Position numbers and translations under genes: made by a program
Part shown: one piece after another, positions 1 to 13,909 of the stretch
Numbering within the stretch: the stretch's first letter is position 1
Layout of the letters: every line of letters begins with the position of its first letter
DNA from: Isurus oxyrinchus
Taxonomy: Eukaryota
Assembly (NCBI GenBank): GCA_026770705.1
Contig: JANJGN010000010.1
Location: 1,302,001 to 1,366,000 of the forward strand
DNA length: 64,000 nucleotides
Direction of reading: 5' to 3'
Notes under the pieces: generated by a model
The model's database searches: none
What the model was told of the DNA's origin: nothing
The model's input: only the letters and a program-made list of their open reading frames with translations

Positions 1-441
1 AAGACAGAGGTGCCTCAGGGAGATTAGTTTTAAGTTTTAACAGTTCAATAAAGTGTTTTAAAAATGTTTGTGACATGCCCCTCATGTGAAACTGTCACAT
101 GAGCTGGGACATGTACATTAATTTTAATAAAAATTATGCTGAAAATTTTAAATCATTCACGAAACCTCAGCCCGCCCGTGGATGAGGTTTCATGAGAAAT
201 GCGAAGGCCGCCTGGGCTCTTCACCTGCCCGCTAACATTAAGGTTGGATGGGCAGCTTTCTCAATAGGCTTAATTAGTTCATTAATGGTCTTTACAGGCC
301 TTTGGCAGTTCGGTGGGTGCGTAGCCGACTCAGCTGTGCGCCTGCCGAACTGAAACTCTAAATAACGCAGGGTAACGTCGGGACGCGTGCCCCATGTCAT
401 TTAACGCCCTGCTCCTGCTCACCGAGCCGAAGATTCAGCCC
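1..441. mobile_element. PIF/Harbinger-type MITE, truncated by window start
   Basis: Same internal sequence as the copies at 13212, 19681 and 22815; ends in the TIR AAGATTCAGCCC. Confidence 0.8.
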
Positions 442-1380
442 AGTGATGTTGCTCGCATCAGGTACAACAGAAGTTCCCCCTCATAATCTGACATTCAAAT
501 TCCATATTTAAAAAAATATATAGATCACACTGCCCATTTCTCTTTTTCATTGCTTCCTAGTAAAGTTCCTGATTTCTGTGCTTGCTGCAGTGTGGCTGAG
601 AGCCACTCTTCAAGGCTTGTGTATTCTCTGCAGCAGCAGGGACAAATATATTTTCAGGACATGCAAACAATGCATTTATGTAAGATACATTCCCCTGATC
701 CTCATTGTACCATGATTCTGAAAACACATTCTCACGAGAACACTTTAAATTGACAGATTAATTACTTTGTTGAGGGCACTATGAATTTTCACTGTGGGTA
801 ATGTGTAAATGTGCTGAAGTACTGCAGAGTATAGAAATGTGTTCAGTTTGTCCAATCTGTAATTGAAATAAAAATGCCTGATTAAATTATCAACATAAAG
901 TGCCACACTGTGCAATATTACTATTACTAATGTTTGATCAAAACAATTTATTTATGGGATACAGGAACTAGAAATACATTTACTACTTAAAGCTTTTAAT
1001 TGAAACAGCCTCAGAACGTGGGTTGAATCTCGAGTTCGACTGTTGGGTTGACAGTTTCCACTGTCAGTAATGATAACATGGAGTAAGTTCCTATTGGGGC
1101 ATGTGTAACAACACAGAACTGCTCCAATTTAACATTAGATTGGCAGCTATTTTGCCATTGTGGGGGAACATAAATATTAAACTGTACGGTTTAGTTCCTG
1201 TGGTGAAGTTGAGGTTGAGACCCAATGGTTGGAGCCTAGTCAAGGGAAATTTACTGTCAGATAATCCCCTGGATGTGGGAAATGCTTGGACCCAAAACTA
1301 ACGACTCAAAACAGAAATGATTTCATCTCAAGTGCTAAGAATCCAAACGTCAACGCACAAAGCATTTACATAAAAAACTA

Positions 1381-2987
1381 ATTCACTCGATTCACTCCAC
1401 ATGATATCAAGAAACAGCTAAAGGCACTGGATACTGCAAAGGGTATGGGCCCTGACAATATTCCAGCAATAGTGCAGAAGACTTGTGTTCCAGAACTTGC
1501 TGTGCCCCTAGCCAAGCTGTTCCAGTACAGCTACAATGCTGGCATCTACCCGGCTATGTGGAAAATTGCCCAGGTATGTCCTGTACACAAAAAGCAGGAC
1601 AAATCCAACCTGGCCAAATACCACCCCATCAGTTTATTCTCCAACATCAGTTAAGTAATGGAAGGTGTCATCAACAGTGCTATCGAGCAGCACTTGCTTA
1701 GCAATAGCCTGCTCACTGACGCCCAGTTTGGGTTCCGCCAGGGCCACTCAGCTCCTGATCTCATTACAGTCTTAGTTCAAACATGGATAAAAGAGCTGAA
1801 CTCCCGAGATGAGGTAAGAGTGACTGTCCTTGAAATCAAGGCTACATTTGACCGAGTGTGGCATCAAAGAGCCCTAGCAAAACTGGAGTCAATGGGAATC
1901 GGGGAAATCTCTCCACTGGTTGGAGTCATACCTAGCACAAAGGAAGATGGTTGTGGTTGTTAGGGGTCAATTATCTCTGTTCCAGGACATCACTGCAGGA
2001 GTTCCTCAGGGTAGTGACCTCGGCCCAACCATCTTCAGCTGCTTCATCAATGATCTTCCTTTCATCATAAGGTCAGAAGTGGGGATGTTCGCTGATGATT
2101 GCATAATGTTCAGCACCATTCGCAACTCCTCAGATACCGAAGCAGTCCATGTCCAAATGCAGCAAGGCCTGGACAAAATCCAGACTTGGGCTGACAAGTT
2201 GCAAGTAACGTTCGTGCCACACAAGTGCCAGGCAATGACCATCTCCAACAAGAGAGAGTCTAACCATCTTCCCTTGGCATTCAATGGCACTACCATCGCT
2301 GAATCCCCCAGTATCAACATTCTGTGGGTTACCATTGACCAGAAACTGAACTGGACTAGCCATATAAATACTGTGGCTACAAGAGCAGGTCAGAGGCTAG
2401 GAATTCAGTGATGAGTAACTCACCTCCTGACTCCCCAAAGTCTGTCCACCATCTACAAGGCACAAGTCAGGAATGTGATCAAATACTGCCCACTTGTCTG
2501 GATGAGCGCAGCTCCCACAACATTCAAGAAGTTTGAAACTATCCAGGACAAAGCAGCCTGTTTGATTGGCACCCTATCCTCAAAAATTCACTCCCTCCAC
2601 CAGCAATGCACAGTAGCAGCAGTGTGTACCATATACAAGATGCACTGCAGGAACTAACCAAGCTTCCTTAGACAGCACCTTCCAAACCTACAACCGCTAC
2701 CATCTAAAAGGACAAGGGCAGCAGATAGATGGGAACACCACCACCTAGAAGTTTACCTCCAAGTCACTCACCATCCTGACTTGGAAATATATCAGCCGTT
2801 CCTTCATTATCGCTGGGTGAAAATCCTGGAACTCCCTCCCTAACAGCACTGTGGGTGTACCTACACCACATGGACTACAGCGGTTCAAGAAGGCAGCTCA
2901 CCACCACCTTCTCAAGGGCAACTAGGAATGGGCAATAAATGCTGGCCCAGCCAGTGACACCCAAATCCCATACAAAAATAAAAAAAT
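1381..2987 (+). mobile_element. 5'-truncated LINE (CR1/Jockey group, family A): decayed RT and 3' tail
   Basis: RT motifs GPDNIP, QFGFRQGHS, GVPQGS.LGP, FADD across frameshifted ORFs; AATAAA-containing tail and A-rich end. Confidence 0.9.
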
Positions 2988-3463
2988 GTTATATTTGTTG
3001 CAACACTTTCATTAACAAAGATGCCTTGCCTATGTAATTCTGTGGACAAAGAGCATTGTACTGATAAACCTAATTAAAACATGGTCTATTTAGCACTGAT
3101 CACACAATTATGACCTCTCAATATAATCCTTAGCTAACTTTTAGTTTTGTTTGGAAAATATTGCGTAATTCCTCTCCTCACTTTTATCATGTTTCCTTGA
3201 ACTGTGCATCATTATTAAGATTTCGCTTCTGGATCAGAAGCCTGTTGATATGAGCGAGAAATCAGAGCTGAAAATTTACCCCGACCTTCTCTGCAATATC
3301 TTCACACACCTTTGTCACCTATAGTATCGATCACCCAATGTTCTGGCAGACTTCCTATTCTCTAGCCTCCATAAAGGTCAGCATATCCAGAGCTCTGCTG
3401 CTAATATCCTATCTTCAAACAATAAGTTTCACTTGCCAATCACTATTGCCCTTGTTAACCTTG

Positions 3464-3739
3464 TTGACCTTCCTCCCATCATAAGGTCAGAAGTGGGGAT
3501 GTTTGCTGATGATTGCACAATGTTCAGCACCATTCATGACTCCTCAGATACTGAAGCAGTCCATGTCCAAATGTAGCAAGACCTGAACAATATCCAGGCT
3601 TGGACTGACAAGTGGCAAGTAACATTCACACTACACAAGTGCCAGGCAATTACCATCTCCGACAAGAGAGAATCTAACCATCACCCCTTGACGTTCACAT
3701 GCCCACCAAGTTTTACGTTGTCAGCAAACTTGGAAATAT
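3464..3739. mobile_element. LINE family A RT fragment (+) abutting a CR1 fragment (-)
   Basis: Near-identical to 2050-2285; then tcagcaaacttggaaatatt, whose continuation resumes at 5188. Confidence 0.75.
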
Positions 3740-4504
3740 TGTTATGACCGGTGCAGTTGGTAAAGGAGAATTATTAAAAAATCTCAGGAGAGAAACTTCA
3801 AACAACTGTCATAACCTTTTATTTTAAGTGTTGTGTTTGAGCTGCATCTCTCAATTCAGGAATCAGACCACTAGTTCTCGAGGTTTTATACTAAACTAAA
3901 TGAAACATTTCATTAATTTACACAGGTTAAAATATATAGATGCATGGCTACAAATTACTACTATCATCACTTTTAACAAATTCCCAAACTAATCTCCATT
4001 AAGACAATAGCAACCCATAGGCTTAACCAAACACCAGGCAAAGCATTTTCACCTTATTAATTTAAAATGAGGTTCCTTTCACTGAAGAGCCAGTTGGGGG
4101 CTTACAGCTGCCTTTTGATCTCACATTGCCTCTGCTCTGCACACCCGAAAACTACTGAAGTTATACCTACCACCACTGATTGAATTCAAATTCTCACTGT
4201 CACACCAGCCTCTTTGAATTTCACCTTTTAACAATGAAACTCCTTTCATAGTAGCAATTTTATTAGTAACATAAACACATCGCTTGGTAGCTGTTAGAAA
4301 GGCATCAATTTTCACCCCACTTCTTGAATGCTCTATTCAAAAAAATGCAAATGCACGCTATCTCTCCATTTATATCACAAACTAGTACATTAAAGGACCC
4401 AGACTAGCTGGCTTTAATCCAATTAGGATGCACCCGCAGACCAAACTTCTGTTTTAAAAGAAAAATATTTTCCAAAATGTTATATACATTAACAGTTTCA
4501 TAAA
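3740..4504. mobile_element. Solo-LTR-like insertion
   Basis: Starts TGTTATGA, ends TCATAA(A), interrupts a CR1 fragment; no clear TSD. Confidence 0.45.
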
Positions 4505-4511
4505 GCGGGGT

Positions 4512-5187
4512 CAGCTGCATCTTCCAGTTGGTGATGGGGGCGGGGCCCACTCGCTGGTGTGTAGAATGATGTGGTGTAACGTTGGGCCTGTGTCCTGACA
4601 TCACCCCGCATCATTTACTCTTTCAGTTCATCAGGTGCACAGCCAAATTGTCAAAGACCTTTTAAGGCCATTAAAAAAGTAATTAAAGTGACTGATGGAC
4701 CTTAAGGTCAGCGAGCAGTCTGGGACCCCAGGCAGGCTTCAGAAAAAACATGAAACCTCATCCATGGGAGGGATGAGGCTTCATGAGGTTATTAAAATTT
4801 GTACGAAATCTCTAAATAAAAGCAATTGACAAGTCGCACCCCATGTGACAGTGGCACATCAGGGGACATGTCAGTATTTTTTTTTCTCATCTTTATTTAA
4901 TGTTTCAGACCTGAGCCGATCTCCCTGAGGTGGGACTTTGGCCCTGGGAGATCTGTGCGCCCTTTCATGTGTCTATGTGAAAGATCCCACCCCCGGCTTA
5001 GGGAATCCACCCCACTCCGACCACACAAGGAGTGCACAGCATTTCTGAGTGGGCATCACGCTGGGTGGGCCTTAATTGGCCTGCCCACATAAAATAGCAG
5101 CTCGACCCTGACTGGGGACGCTGATCGGGGACCCGCGGTCCTGTGCCTGCTCCAGCGCACCCCCCCAATGGGGGGAAAATGTTGCCC
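4512..5187. mobile_element. PIF/Harbinger-type MITE
   Basis: Family body; right TIR GGAAAATGTTGCCC followed by resumption of the host CR1. Confidence 0.8.
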
Positions 5188-5321
5188 AATATTACGTTTG
5201 GTTCCCTCATCCAAATCATTGATGTACATTCTGAATAGCTGGGGCACAAGCACTGATCCCTGCGGTACCCAACTAGTCACTGCCTGCCACTCGGAAAAAG
5301 ACTCATTTATTCCTACTTTCT

Positions 5322-5400
5322 GGGCAGAATTTGCCCATTGGCGTGTGGGATTGGGCCCCGCACATCTGCACATGAAATGATGCGCGGTGACATTGGGGAG
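5322..5400. mobile_element. Left end of a Harbinger element (TIR and subterminal region)
   Basis: GGGCAGAATTTGCCC TIR and the first ~80 bp shared with the MITE family. Confidence 0.75.
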
Positions 5401-8400
5401 CACCCCGACATCACCGTGACATTACCCCGACATCACCGTGACATCAACCTGACATCACCATGACATCGCTGTGACATCACCACAACATCACCGTGACATC
5501 AACCCAACATCAACGTGACATCACCCCGACATCACCGTGACATCACCATGACATCACCATGACATCACCCCGTCATCACCGCAACATCACCCCGTCATCA
5601 CCCCGACATCACCCTGACATTACCCCGACATCACCGTGACATCAACCTGACATCACCGTGACATCACCCCGACATCACCGTGACATCACCATGACATCAC
5701 TGTGACATCAACCCGACATCAACGTGAAATCACCCCGACATCACCGCGACATCACCATGACATCACCATGACATCAACCCGTCATCACCGCGACATCACC
5801 GTGACATCACCCCGACATCACCGTGACATCAACCCGACATCACCACGACATCACCCCGACATCACCGTGACATCGCCGTGACATCACCACGACATCACCG
5901 TGACATCAACCCAACATCAACGTGACATCACCCCGACATCACCACGTCATCACCGCAACATCACCCCGTCATCACCCCGACATCACCACGGCATCACCGC
6001 AACATCACCCCGATATCATCCCGACATCACCCCGACATCACCGCGACATCACCCCAAAATCTCCCTGACATCACCCCGACATCACCAGGACACCACTCCG
6101 ACATCAACCCGGCATCACCGCGACATCACTCCGACATCACCGTGACATCACCGCGATATCACCGCCACATCACCCTGACATCACCGCGACATCACCCCGA
6201 CATCATCGCGACATCACAGTGACATCACGCCGACATCATTCCGACATCACCGCAACATCATCATTCCGACATCACTCTGACATCACACCGACATCACTGC
6301 GACATCACTCTGATATCACCCCGACATCACCGTGACATCACTCCAACATCACAGTGACATCACTCCGACATCACTCTGACATCACTCCGACATCACCCCG
6401 ACATCACCGTGACATCACTCTGACATCACTCCGACATCACCCCGACATCACCGTGACATCACTCCGACATCACCCTGACATCAGTCCGACATCACCCCGA
6501 CATCACTCCGACATCACTCCGACATCACCCCGACATCACCATGACATCACTCCGACATCACCCCGACATCACCGCGACATCACTCCGACATCACTCCGAC
6601 ATCACCATGACATCACTCCTACATCACCCTGACATCACTCCGACGTCACTGCGACATCACTCCGACATCACCCCGACATCACCAAGACATCACTCCGAGA
6701 TCTCTCCGACATCACTGCGACATCACCCCGACATCACCCCGACATCATGGCGAAATCACTCCAACATCACCATGACATCACCCCGACATCACCGCGACAT
6801 CACTCCGTCATCACCCCGACATCACCGCGACATCACCCCGACATCACGTTGACATCATCCCAACATCACCATGACATCACCGCGACATCACCCCGGCATC
6901 ACCTTGACATCATCCCGACATCACCATGACATCACCGCGACATCACGCCGACATCGCCGCAACATCACGCCGACAACACCATGACATCACCGCGACATCA
7001 CTCCGACAACACTCCGACATCACCCCGACATCACTCCGACATCACTCCGACATCACCCCGACATCACTCCGACATCACTCCGACATCACCCCGACATCAC
7101 TCCAACATCACTCCGACATCACCGTGACATCACTCCGACATCACTCCGACATAACCATGTCATCCGACATCACTCCGACATCACCCCGACATCATCGCGA
7201 CATTACTCCGACATCACCCCGACATAATCGCGACATCACCCCGACATCACTGCGACATCACCGCGACATCACCCCGACATCACCGCGACATCACCCCGGC
7301 ATCACCGCGACATCACCGCGACATCACCGCGACATCACTCCGACATCACCCTGACATCACCCCGACATCACCATGACATCACCACGACCTCACCGCGACC
7401 TCACCGTGACATCACCGTGACATCATCCTGATATCACCCCGACATCGTCGCGACATCACCCGGACATCAGCCCGACATCAACCTGACATCACTGCGACAT
7501 CACCCTGACATCACCCCGATATCACCCTGACATCAGTGCGACATCACCCTGACATCACGCCGACATCACCCCGACTTCACCCCGACATCACCGCGACATC
7601 AACCTGACATCACCGTGACATCACCCCGACATCACCCTGACATCAACCAGACATCACCGTGACATCACCTCACCATCACTCTGACATCACCCCGATATCA
7701 CCGTGACATTACCCCGACATCACTCCGACATCCCCCCGACATCACTCCGACATCTCCCCGACATCACCGCGACATCACTCCGACATCACCGCGACATCAC
7801 CCCGACATCACCGCGACATCATCCCGACATCTCCCCGACATCACCGTGACATCATGCCCACATCACCCCGACATCACCGCGACATCACTCCGACATCACT
7901 CCGACATCACCGCGACATCACTCCGACATCACCATGACATCACTCCGACATCACCCGACATCACCGTGACATCATGCCCACATCACCCCGACATCACCGC
8001 GACATCACTCCGACATCACTCCGACATCACCATGACATCACTCCGATATCACCCGACATCACCGTGACATCATGCCCACATCACCCCGACATCTTCGTGA
8101 CATCACTCCGACATCACCCTGATATAACCCTGACATCACCGCGACATCACTCAGACATCACTGCGACATCACCACGACATCACTGCGACATCACCACGAC
8201 ATCACCGCAACATCACCGCGACATCACCACGACATCACCGTGACATCACCGCTACATCAGTCCGACATCACCCTGACATCACTCCGACATCACCCCGACA
8301 TCACCGTGACATCACCCCGAAATCACCGCGACATCACCCTGACATCACCCTGACATCACCATGACATCACTGTGACATCACTGCGACATCACCGCGACAT

Positions 8401-9341
8401 CACCACGACATCACCATGACATCACCGCTACATCACTCCAACACCACCCTGACATCACTCCGACATCACCCCGACATCACAGCGACATCACCCCGACATC
8501 ACCGCGACATCACCCTGACATCACCATGACATCACCCCGACATCACCGTGACATCACCGCGACATCACTGCGACATCACCACGACATCACCATGACATCA
8601 CCCCGGCATCACCCCGACATCACCGCGACATCACCCCGACATCACCGTGACATCACAGCGACATCACCATGACATCACCACGACATCACCCTGACCTCAC
8701 CCCGACATCACCATGACATCACCCCGACATCAACCTGACATCACTGCGACATCACCGCGACATCAACCTGACATCAACCTGACATCACCGTGACATCACC
8801 CCGACATCACCGCGACATCAACCTGACATCGCCCCGACATCACTGCGACATCACCACGACATCACCGTAACATCACCTTGACATCACCACGACATCAACC
8901 TGACATCAACCTGACATCAACCTGACATCACCGCGACATCACCGCGACATCACCACGACATCACTGTGTCGTCACCCTGACATCACCCCGACATCACCCC
9001 GACATCACCGCAACATCACCTCGACATCAACCTGACATCACCACGACATCAACCTGACATCACCGCGACATCAACCTGACATCACCGCGACATCACCGCG
9101 ACATCACTGTGACGTCACCCTGACATCACCCCGACATCACTGTGACATCACCGCGACATCACCGCGACATCAACCTGACATCACCGCGACATCACTGTGA
9201 CGTCACCCTGACATCACCCCGACATCACCCCGACATCACCGCGACATCACCACGACATCACCATGCAATCAACCTGACATCACCGCGACATCACCGTGAC
9301 ATCACCCTGACATCACCGCGACATCACCCTGACATCACCAC
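5401..9341. repeat. 11-bp minisatellite, consensus GACATCACNNN, about 360 units
   Basis: Continuous 11-bp periodicity; variation concentrated in three positions (CCC, CGT, CGC, CAT, TCC, CCT, CAC). Confidence 0.98.
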
Positions 9342-9694
9342 AGTACAATAGGAGCCACTGCTCCACAAGGGCTGTGGTGGAGAGAACCATTGGTCTTCTG
9401 AAGATGCGCTTCTGATGCCTGGACCGTTCAGGGGGCGCACTCCAGTATCCCCCAGATTGTGTGTCGGTGATAGTGGTTGCATGCTGCGTTCTCCACAATG
9501 TTGCGCTGGAAAGGGGGGATGCAGTGGACGATGAAGATTTAGATGCAGTGTCTGTGGCTGCACACGATGAGTCCAGCAGTGAGTCCGAGGATGAGCACAC
9601 ACAGGGAAATGCTGAGGAGGTAGACGTTGACCCGGGCATACTGCAGGGAGGCAAGGACACCCGGGAGGCTTTAATCCAATGAACCTTCAGCTAG
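9341..9694 (+). pseudogene. Harbinger (HARBI1-like) transposase C-terminal remnant
   Basis: Frame reads QYNRSHCSTRAVVERTIGLLKMRF*CLDRSGGALQYPP..IVVACCVLHN; the stop at 9413-9415 looks like CGA>TGA; acidic tail follows. Confidence 0.9.
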
Positions 9695-10074
9695 GACACC
9701 ACAGATGGACCTCCAGGACAAGCCTGGGCTGCAGACTCTATGCTTGATACCTAACTGCCAAATCTGCCAGGTTAGGAATATTAACTAAGGGCCTTATTAA
9801 TAAAGCTGAATGTCCCACAAAACACTCATTACATTATTGGAAACCATCCACTTGCAGAAGAAAAGGGCACCCTCAGCCATGGTCACATGCCTGAATTTAA
9901 TATCACAGGCAAAGAAACTTATTGAAACAAACTGACAATAGTGTTCCAGTTCAAAGCAACTCATGAAGACCTCATCTCGGGCCAACACAGAAACACCAGT
10001 GATAAACCTTTGGTGTGCCTAAAGTGCCTTATGTTTAAGTTTTCGGGTGCTACACCTTGGTGCTGACCCCAGTG

Positions 10075-10475
10075 AGGTGCAATTAAAGCTTGAGGAATGG
10101 AATCTCATCTCTCGATTAGGACTTAACAGCCTTCTGAACTTCACATTAAATACAACAATTCCAGACCAGAATCTCTGTCCCCACCCCGCCTCCCCCATTT
10201 TGTTTTCTTTCCTTTGTATGCTTCAACCTCTCCCTCATGTCTTTGCTTTCAGACAGCAGCATACCCGCTCTCAGCACATCTTTCGTTTCTCTGTTTCATT
10301 TCTTGACCCATCCCCATTCCCTTTGGCCCTGGAAGATTAACTCCTCTGATATTCAATCTCTCTTGTTGCCCACCCTATCACAAAACTTCATTTTCTCCTT
10401 ATCCCATCCACCTCTTGCTCAAAACCTATTACATCTCTAACTTTTCCCAGTTCTGATGAAAGGTCATTGACACAG
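10075..10475 (+). mobile_element. Old Penelope-like element, 3' fragment
   Basis: Decayed version of the KLEEQHLIFRLG..QP.GLNIEFNNFR C-terminus seen at 52200-52298; hammerhead core CTGATGA at 10453-10459. Confidence 0.7.
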
Positions 10476-10789
10476 ACCATCTCAGCTGTCCTCCTGAGAA
10501 TGAATTTGTAAAGGGGACATCAGCATATGGCAAGTGACAACTCGTCTTTTGGAGAGGTTCAGGCTTCCATCATTGTCTCCAGTTGAATGATATGATTTGG
10601 CAACTTAGTCAGGATAAAGCCTTGATATGGTGCAAGGGAGATCTTGTTAAAACTGAAATGTATGAAGTCTGTAACAGGGTGAGGTAATACTTTAATTAGG
10701 AATATGCATGTTTCAGAGTGGAAGAGAGTTATTAAAAGATGAGTGTTAGATTCAAACTTTAGAATTCAAAGAGTCTTGGCCAATCGATC

Positions 10790-10855
10790 CCCTCCCCCCG
10801 CCCCCCCCCCACCCCCCCCCCGCTACCACCACCCCCCCCCCCCCACCCCAACCCC
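10790..10855. repeat. Poly-C-rich low-complexity tract
   Basis: Interrupted C runs. Confidence 0.85.
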
Positions 10856-11045
10856 AAGCTGGAGAGCTGTAATATGTGAATTCTTCGGTAATGTGTATTA
10901 TCATAAGTGTAACATTAAACAGATGTGTAAGTATTATCAATGATGGCTATTATTCTATGCTTATTCTTATAAAAGAAAATAAATACTTTAAATCCTATTA
11001 TCCCAAGGTGTAAAATTATACGTAAAAATACCCATTCCCTAACAA

Positions 11046-11632
11046 TACCTGGGCAATTTTCCACATAGCCGGGTGGATGCCAGTGTTGTAGCTGTACTGG
11101 AACAGCTTGGCTAGGGGTGTGGCAAGTTCTGGAGCACAAGTCTTCAGCACTATTGCTGGAATATTGTCAGGACCCATAGCCTTTGCAGTATCCAGTGCCT
11201 TCAGCCGTCTCTTGATATCACGTGGAGTGAATCGAATTGGCTGAAGACTGGCATCTGTGATGCTGGGGATCTCTGGAGGAGGCCGAGATGAATTATCCAC
11301 TCCACATTTCTGGCTGAAGATTATAGCAAATGCTACAGCCTTATCTTTTGCACTGATGTGCTGGACTCCTCCATAATTGAGGACAGGGATATTTGTGGAG
11401 CCTCCTCCACCAGTGAGTTGTTTAATTGTCCACCACCATTCACGACTGGATGTGGCAGGACTGCAGAGCTTAGATCTGATCCATTGGTTATGGGATCACT
11501 TAGCTCTGTCTATCACTTGCTGCTTGTGCTGTTTGATACATAAGTAGTCGTGTGTTGTAGCTTCACCAGGTTGACACCCCATTTTTAGGCATGCCTGGTG
11601 CTGCTCCTGGCATGCCCTCCTGTACTCTTCAT
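11046..11632 (-). mobile_element. LINE family A internal fragment
   Basis: ORF 11016-11300 contains KAMGPDNIPAIVLKTCAPELA, as at 1445. Confidence 0.85.
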
Positions 11633-13211
11633 TATCTAAAATGGATGTAGAAGAGAGATTATTTGTATTTCTCATAAGAGACCCAGGTTATCAAGTTTCT
11701 TATTCCTTCTCTCTCCCTAAAGTTTCCAAATCAGTACTCTGGGAATTTGTTTGAATTCTTCTCCTGTCTCATGAAAGCAGTAACCGTGTTTTGGAATGAA
11801 AAGACAGAAATTAAAACATTTATAAAGTTGTATAGTCTGATTGTCTGGCAAAACTGCGGGAAAAACTAATGACTACAAAATAATGAATGTTTGACCTATC
11901 AGAAATTTTGCAGGACACGGAGGTAACAAAATTCTCCACCAAGCAGCGCAGTGTGATTAGTAGCACAGTTATATTTAAATACAGGCCAAAACCAAAAGGA
12001 GATGGTAATTGTCAGTTTAGTTGACATGTATTCTAGCCTTAGAGTCAGGAGTTATGAGTCAGTTGTTGTGGAGTGGCCGAGTTGAGCTATTAATGATGGA
12101 GTTGATCTGCAGACACTTCTTGGGTGGAAACATTAACTTTATTTACAATATGCTCAGCAGCAACTGCATGTTTACATTCAACTCCAACTCTGTCTCTACA
12201 CTGACTGCTGAGGTAGACTGCACTACTCTCCTAGTGTTACTACAGATCATGTGATCTTTCCTGACAAGTATTATTCTCAAAAATACACTACACAAATAAA
12301 ACCATAATTTTTAAATGCCTCCCCCTTTAACTCGGCTATACGTATTATATTTATGAGTACGTATTTTTCAAGACACATAATATTCACACTGGGTAAGGAA
12401 TTTACAAGTTCAGTCTTTCAGGTGGTTTCCTGGTCTGTGTGGAATGTCGCAGCTCCACAGCTTCAACTTCTCTGTCAGGAACCTCCTTTTCTGGAGTTGC
12501 CTGAACATCAGCTGCTTTGATGGGCATCTGCAGACCTGTATCCTCAACTCTTATATGAACATCAGACATGTCAGTCCTGGGTTGAGTATCCTCAACAGGA
12601 AACACAGACCCGGTCATGATCACTGGTGGAACCAAATCTTGGTAATTTGTCTCTCTCTTCCTTAAATGGTCCCCATGTTTCAGTATGACCTGGCCTTTCA
12701 CCTCCATATGGTCAGATAGAGGTCCAGTCACCGCACTTATTTCACCCGGAAACCACTTTGGTCCTTCCCCGTAGTTTATCATGAAAACCTTCTCTCCCAT
12801 GGTAAATTTCCTCTCGTGACTATGCCAGTCATGTCTAGTTTTCTGGCTTCCCTGACTCCTTTCCACCTTCCCCTCTAAATTCAGCATTATTAAGCTCAAT
12901 CTCATCCTGAGACAGTGTTTCAACAATAACTCTGCAGGTGTAACCCCTGTTGTTATGTGAGGGGTGGTTCTGTAATGAAAAATAAAGCACGTTAGCTTGG
13001 TTACCAAGGAATCACCAATGCGCTTTTTCATGTGTGCCCTGAACCTTTGACTCGCCCTTTTGGCCAGTCCATTTGGGGGATGGGGGTACAGTGCAGTTTT
13101 CACATGAGCGATACCATTGAGATTGATAAACCGTTGAAACTCATCACTCGTAAATGCTGTGCCATTATTAGAAATGACTACTCCTGGTAGTCTGTGAATG
13201 GCAAAACTGTA

Positions 13212-13909
13212 GGGCAGAATTTTGCCGTTGGTGAGCAGGGGGCGGGGCCTCTCGCTGAAGTGTAAAATGACACGGGATGATGTCAGACCGAATCCCCCAC
13301 ATCATCCCACCCCATTTAAATTTTCAGGAAGGTGGGGGTGCAGCAAAATCAGCTGTGGGCCTGCTGACCGGTCAGTGGCTAATTGAGGCCATGGACAGGA
13401 GCATTGAAACAATTAAAGGACCTGCCCGTCCAACCTTAATGTTGTCGGGTCGGCCAGGAACCCCGGCGGGAACTAGAGAAAACATGAAACCAGCGGCAGG
13501 ATGGGGATTCATGCAGGGTTTAAAAAGTTTAGTAAAGATGTTCTGTAAATTATGAACATGTTCCATCTCATGTGACATTGTTACATGAGGGGGACATGAT
13601 AGGGAATTTTATTTTCTATTTTTAATATTTTTCAAAGTGTCAGTGATCTCCCTGAGGCTGCACTTAGCCTCAGGGAGATGTGCGCTCCGTCGTGTGCATG
13701 TGTGAAAGAGCGCACTCTCACTTTTGGGGAATCCCCCCCGCCCGCACAGGGAGTGTATAGCGCTTCCCGCCGGGCCTCATGCTGGGCGGGCCTTAATTGG
13801 CCCACCCATGTAAAATGGCGGCGGGGCCCACTTCGCTGGTGGGGACTGGCTCCCCGCCCACTGGAGATTGGGTCGGGCCTGCCCGCCCGACAGGCAGAAA
13901 ATTCTGCCC
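13212..13909. mobile_element. PIF/Harbinger-type MITE nested in the Gypsy integrase
   Basis: TIRs GGGCAGAATTTT / AAAATTCTGCCC; imperfect 3-bp TSD GTA/ATA; integrase sequence continues on both sides. Confidence 0.9.

Noticed and set aside
5401-9341. Array as CRISPR-like repeat-spacer memory
   Set aside because: The variable part is only 3 nt drawn from a small recurring set; eukaryotic context and no cas genes
5900-9351. ORFs of TSPRHHRDITP repeats as a mucin-like or His-rich protein
   Set aside because: They are translations of the 11-bp array (period not divisible by 3), with frequent stops and no unique coding context
9341-9694. Domesticated HARBI1 gene
   Set aside because: Only the C-terminal part is present, with an in-frame stop, inside TE context
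10743-10943. Polyproline ORF
   Set aside because: Translation of a poly-C tract that may also be error-prone in assembly
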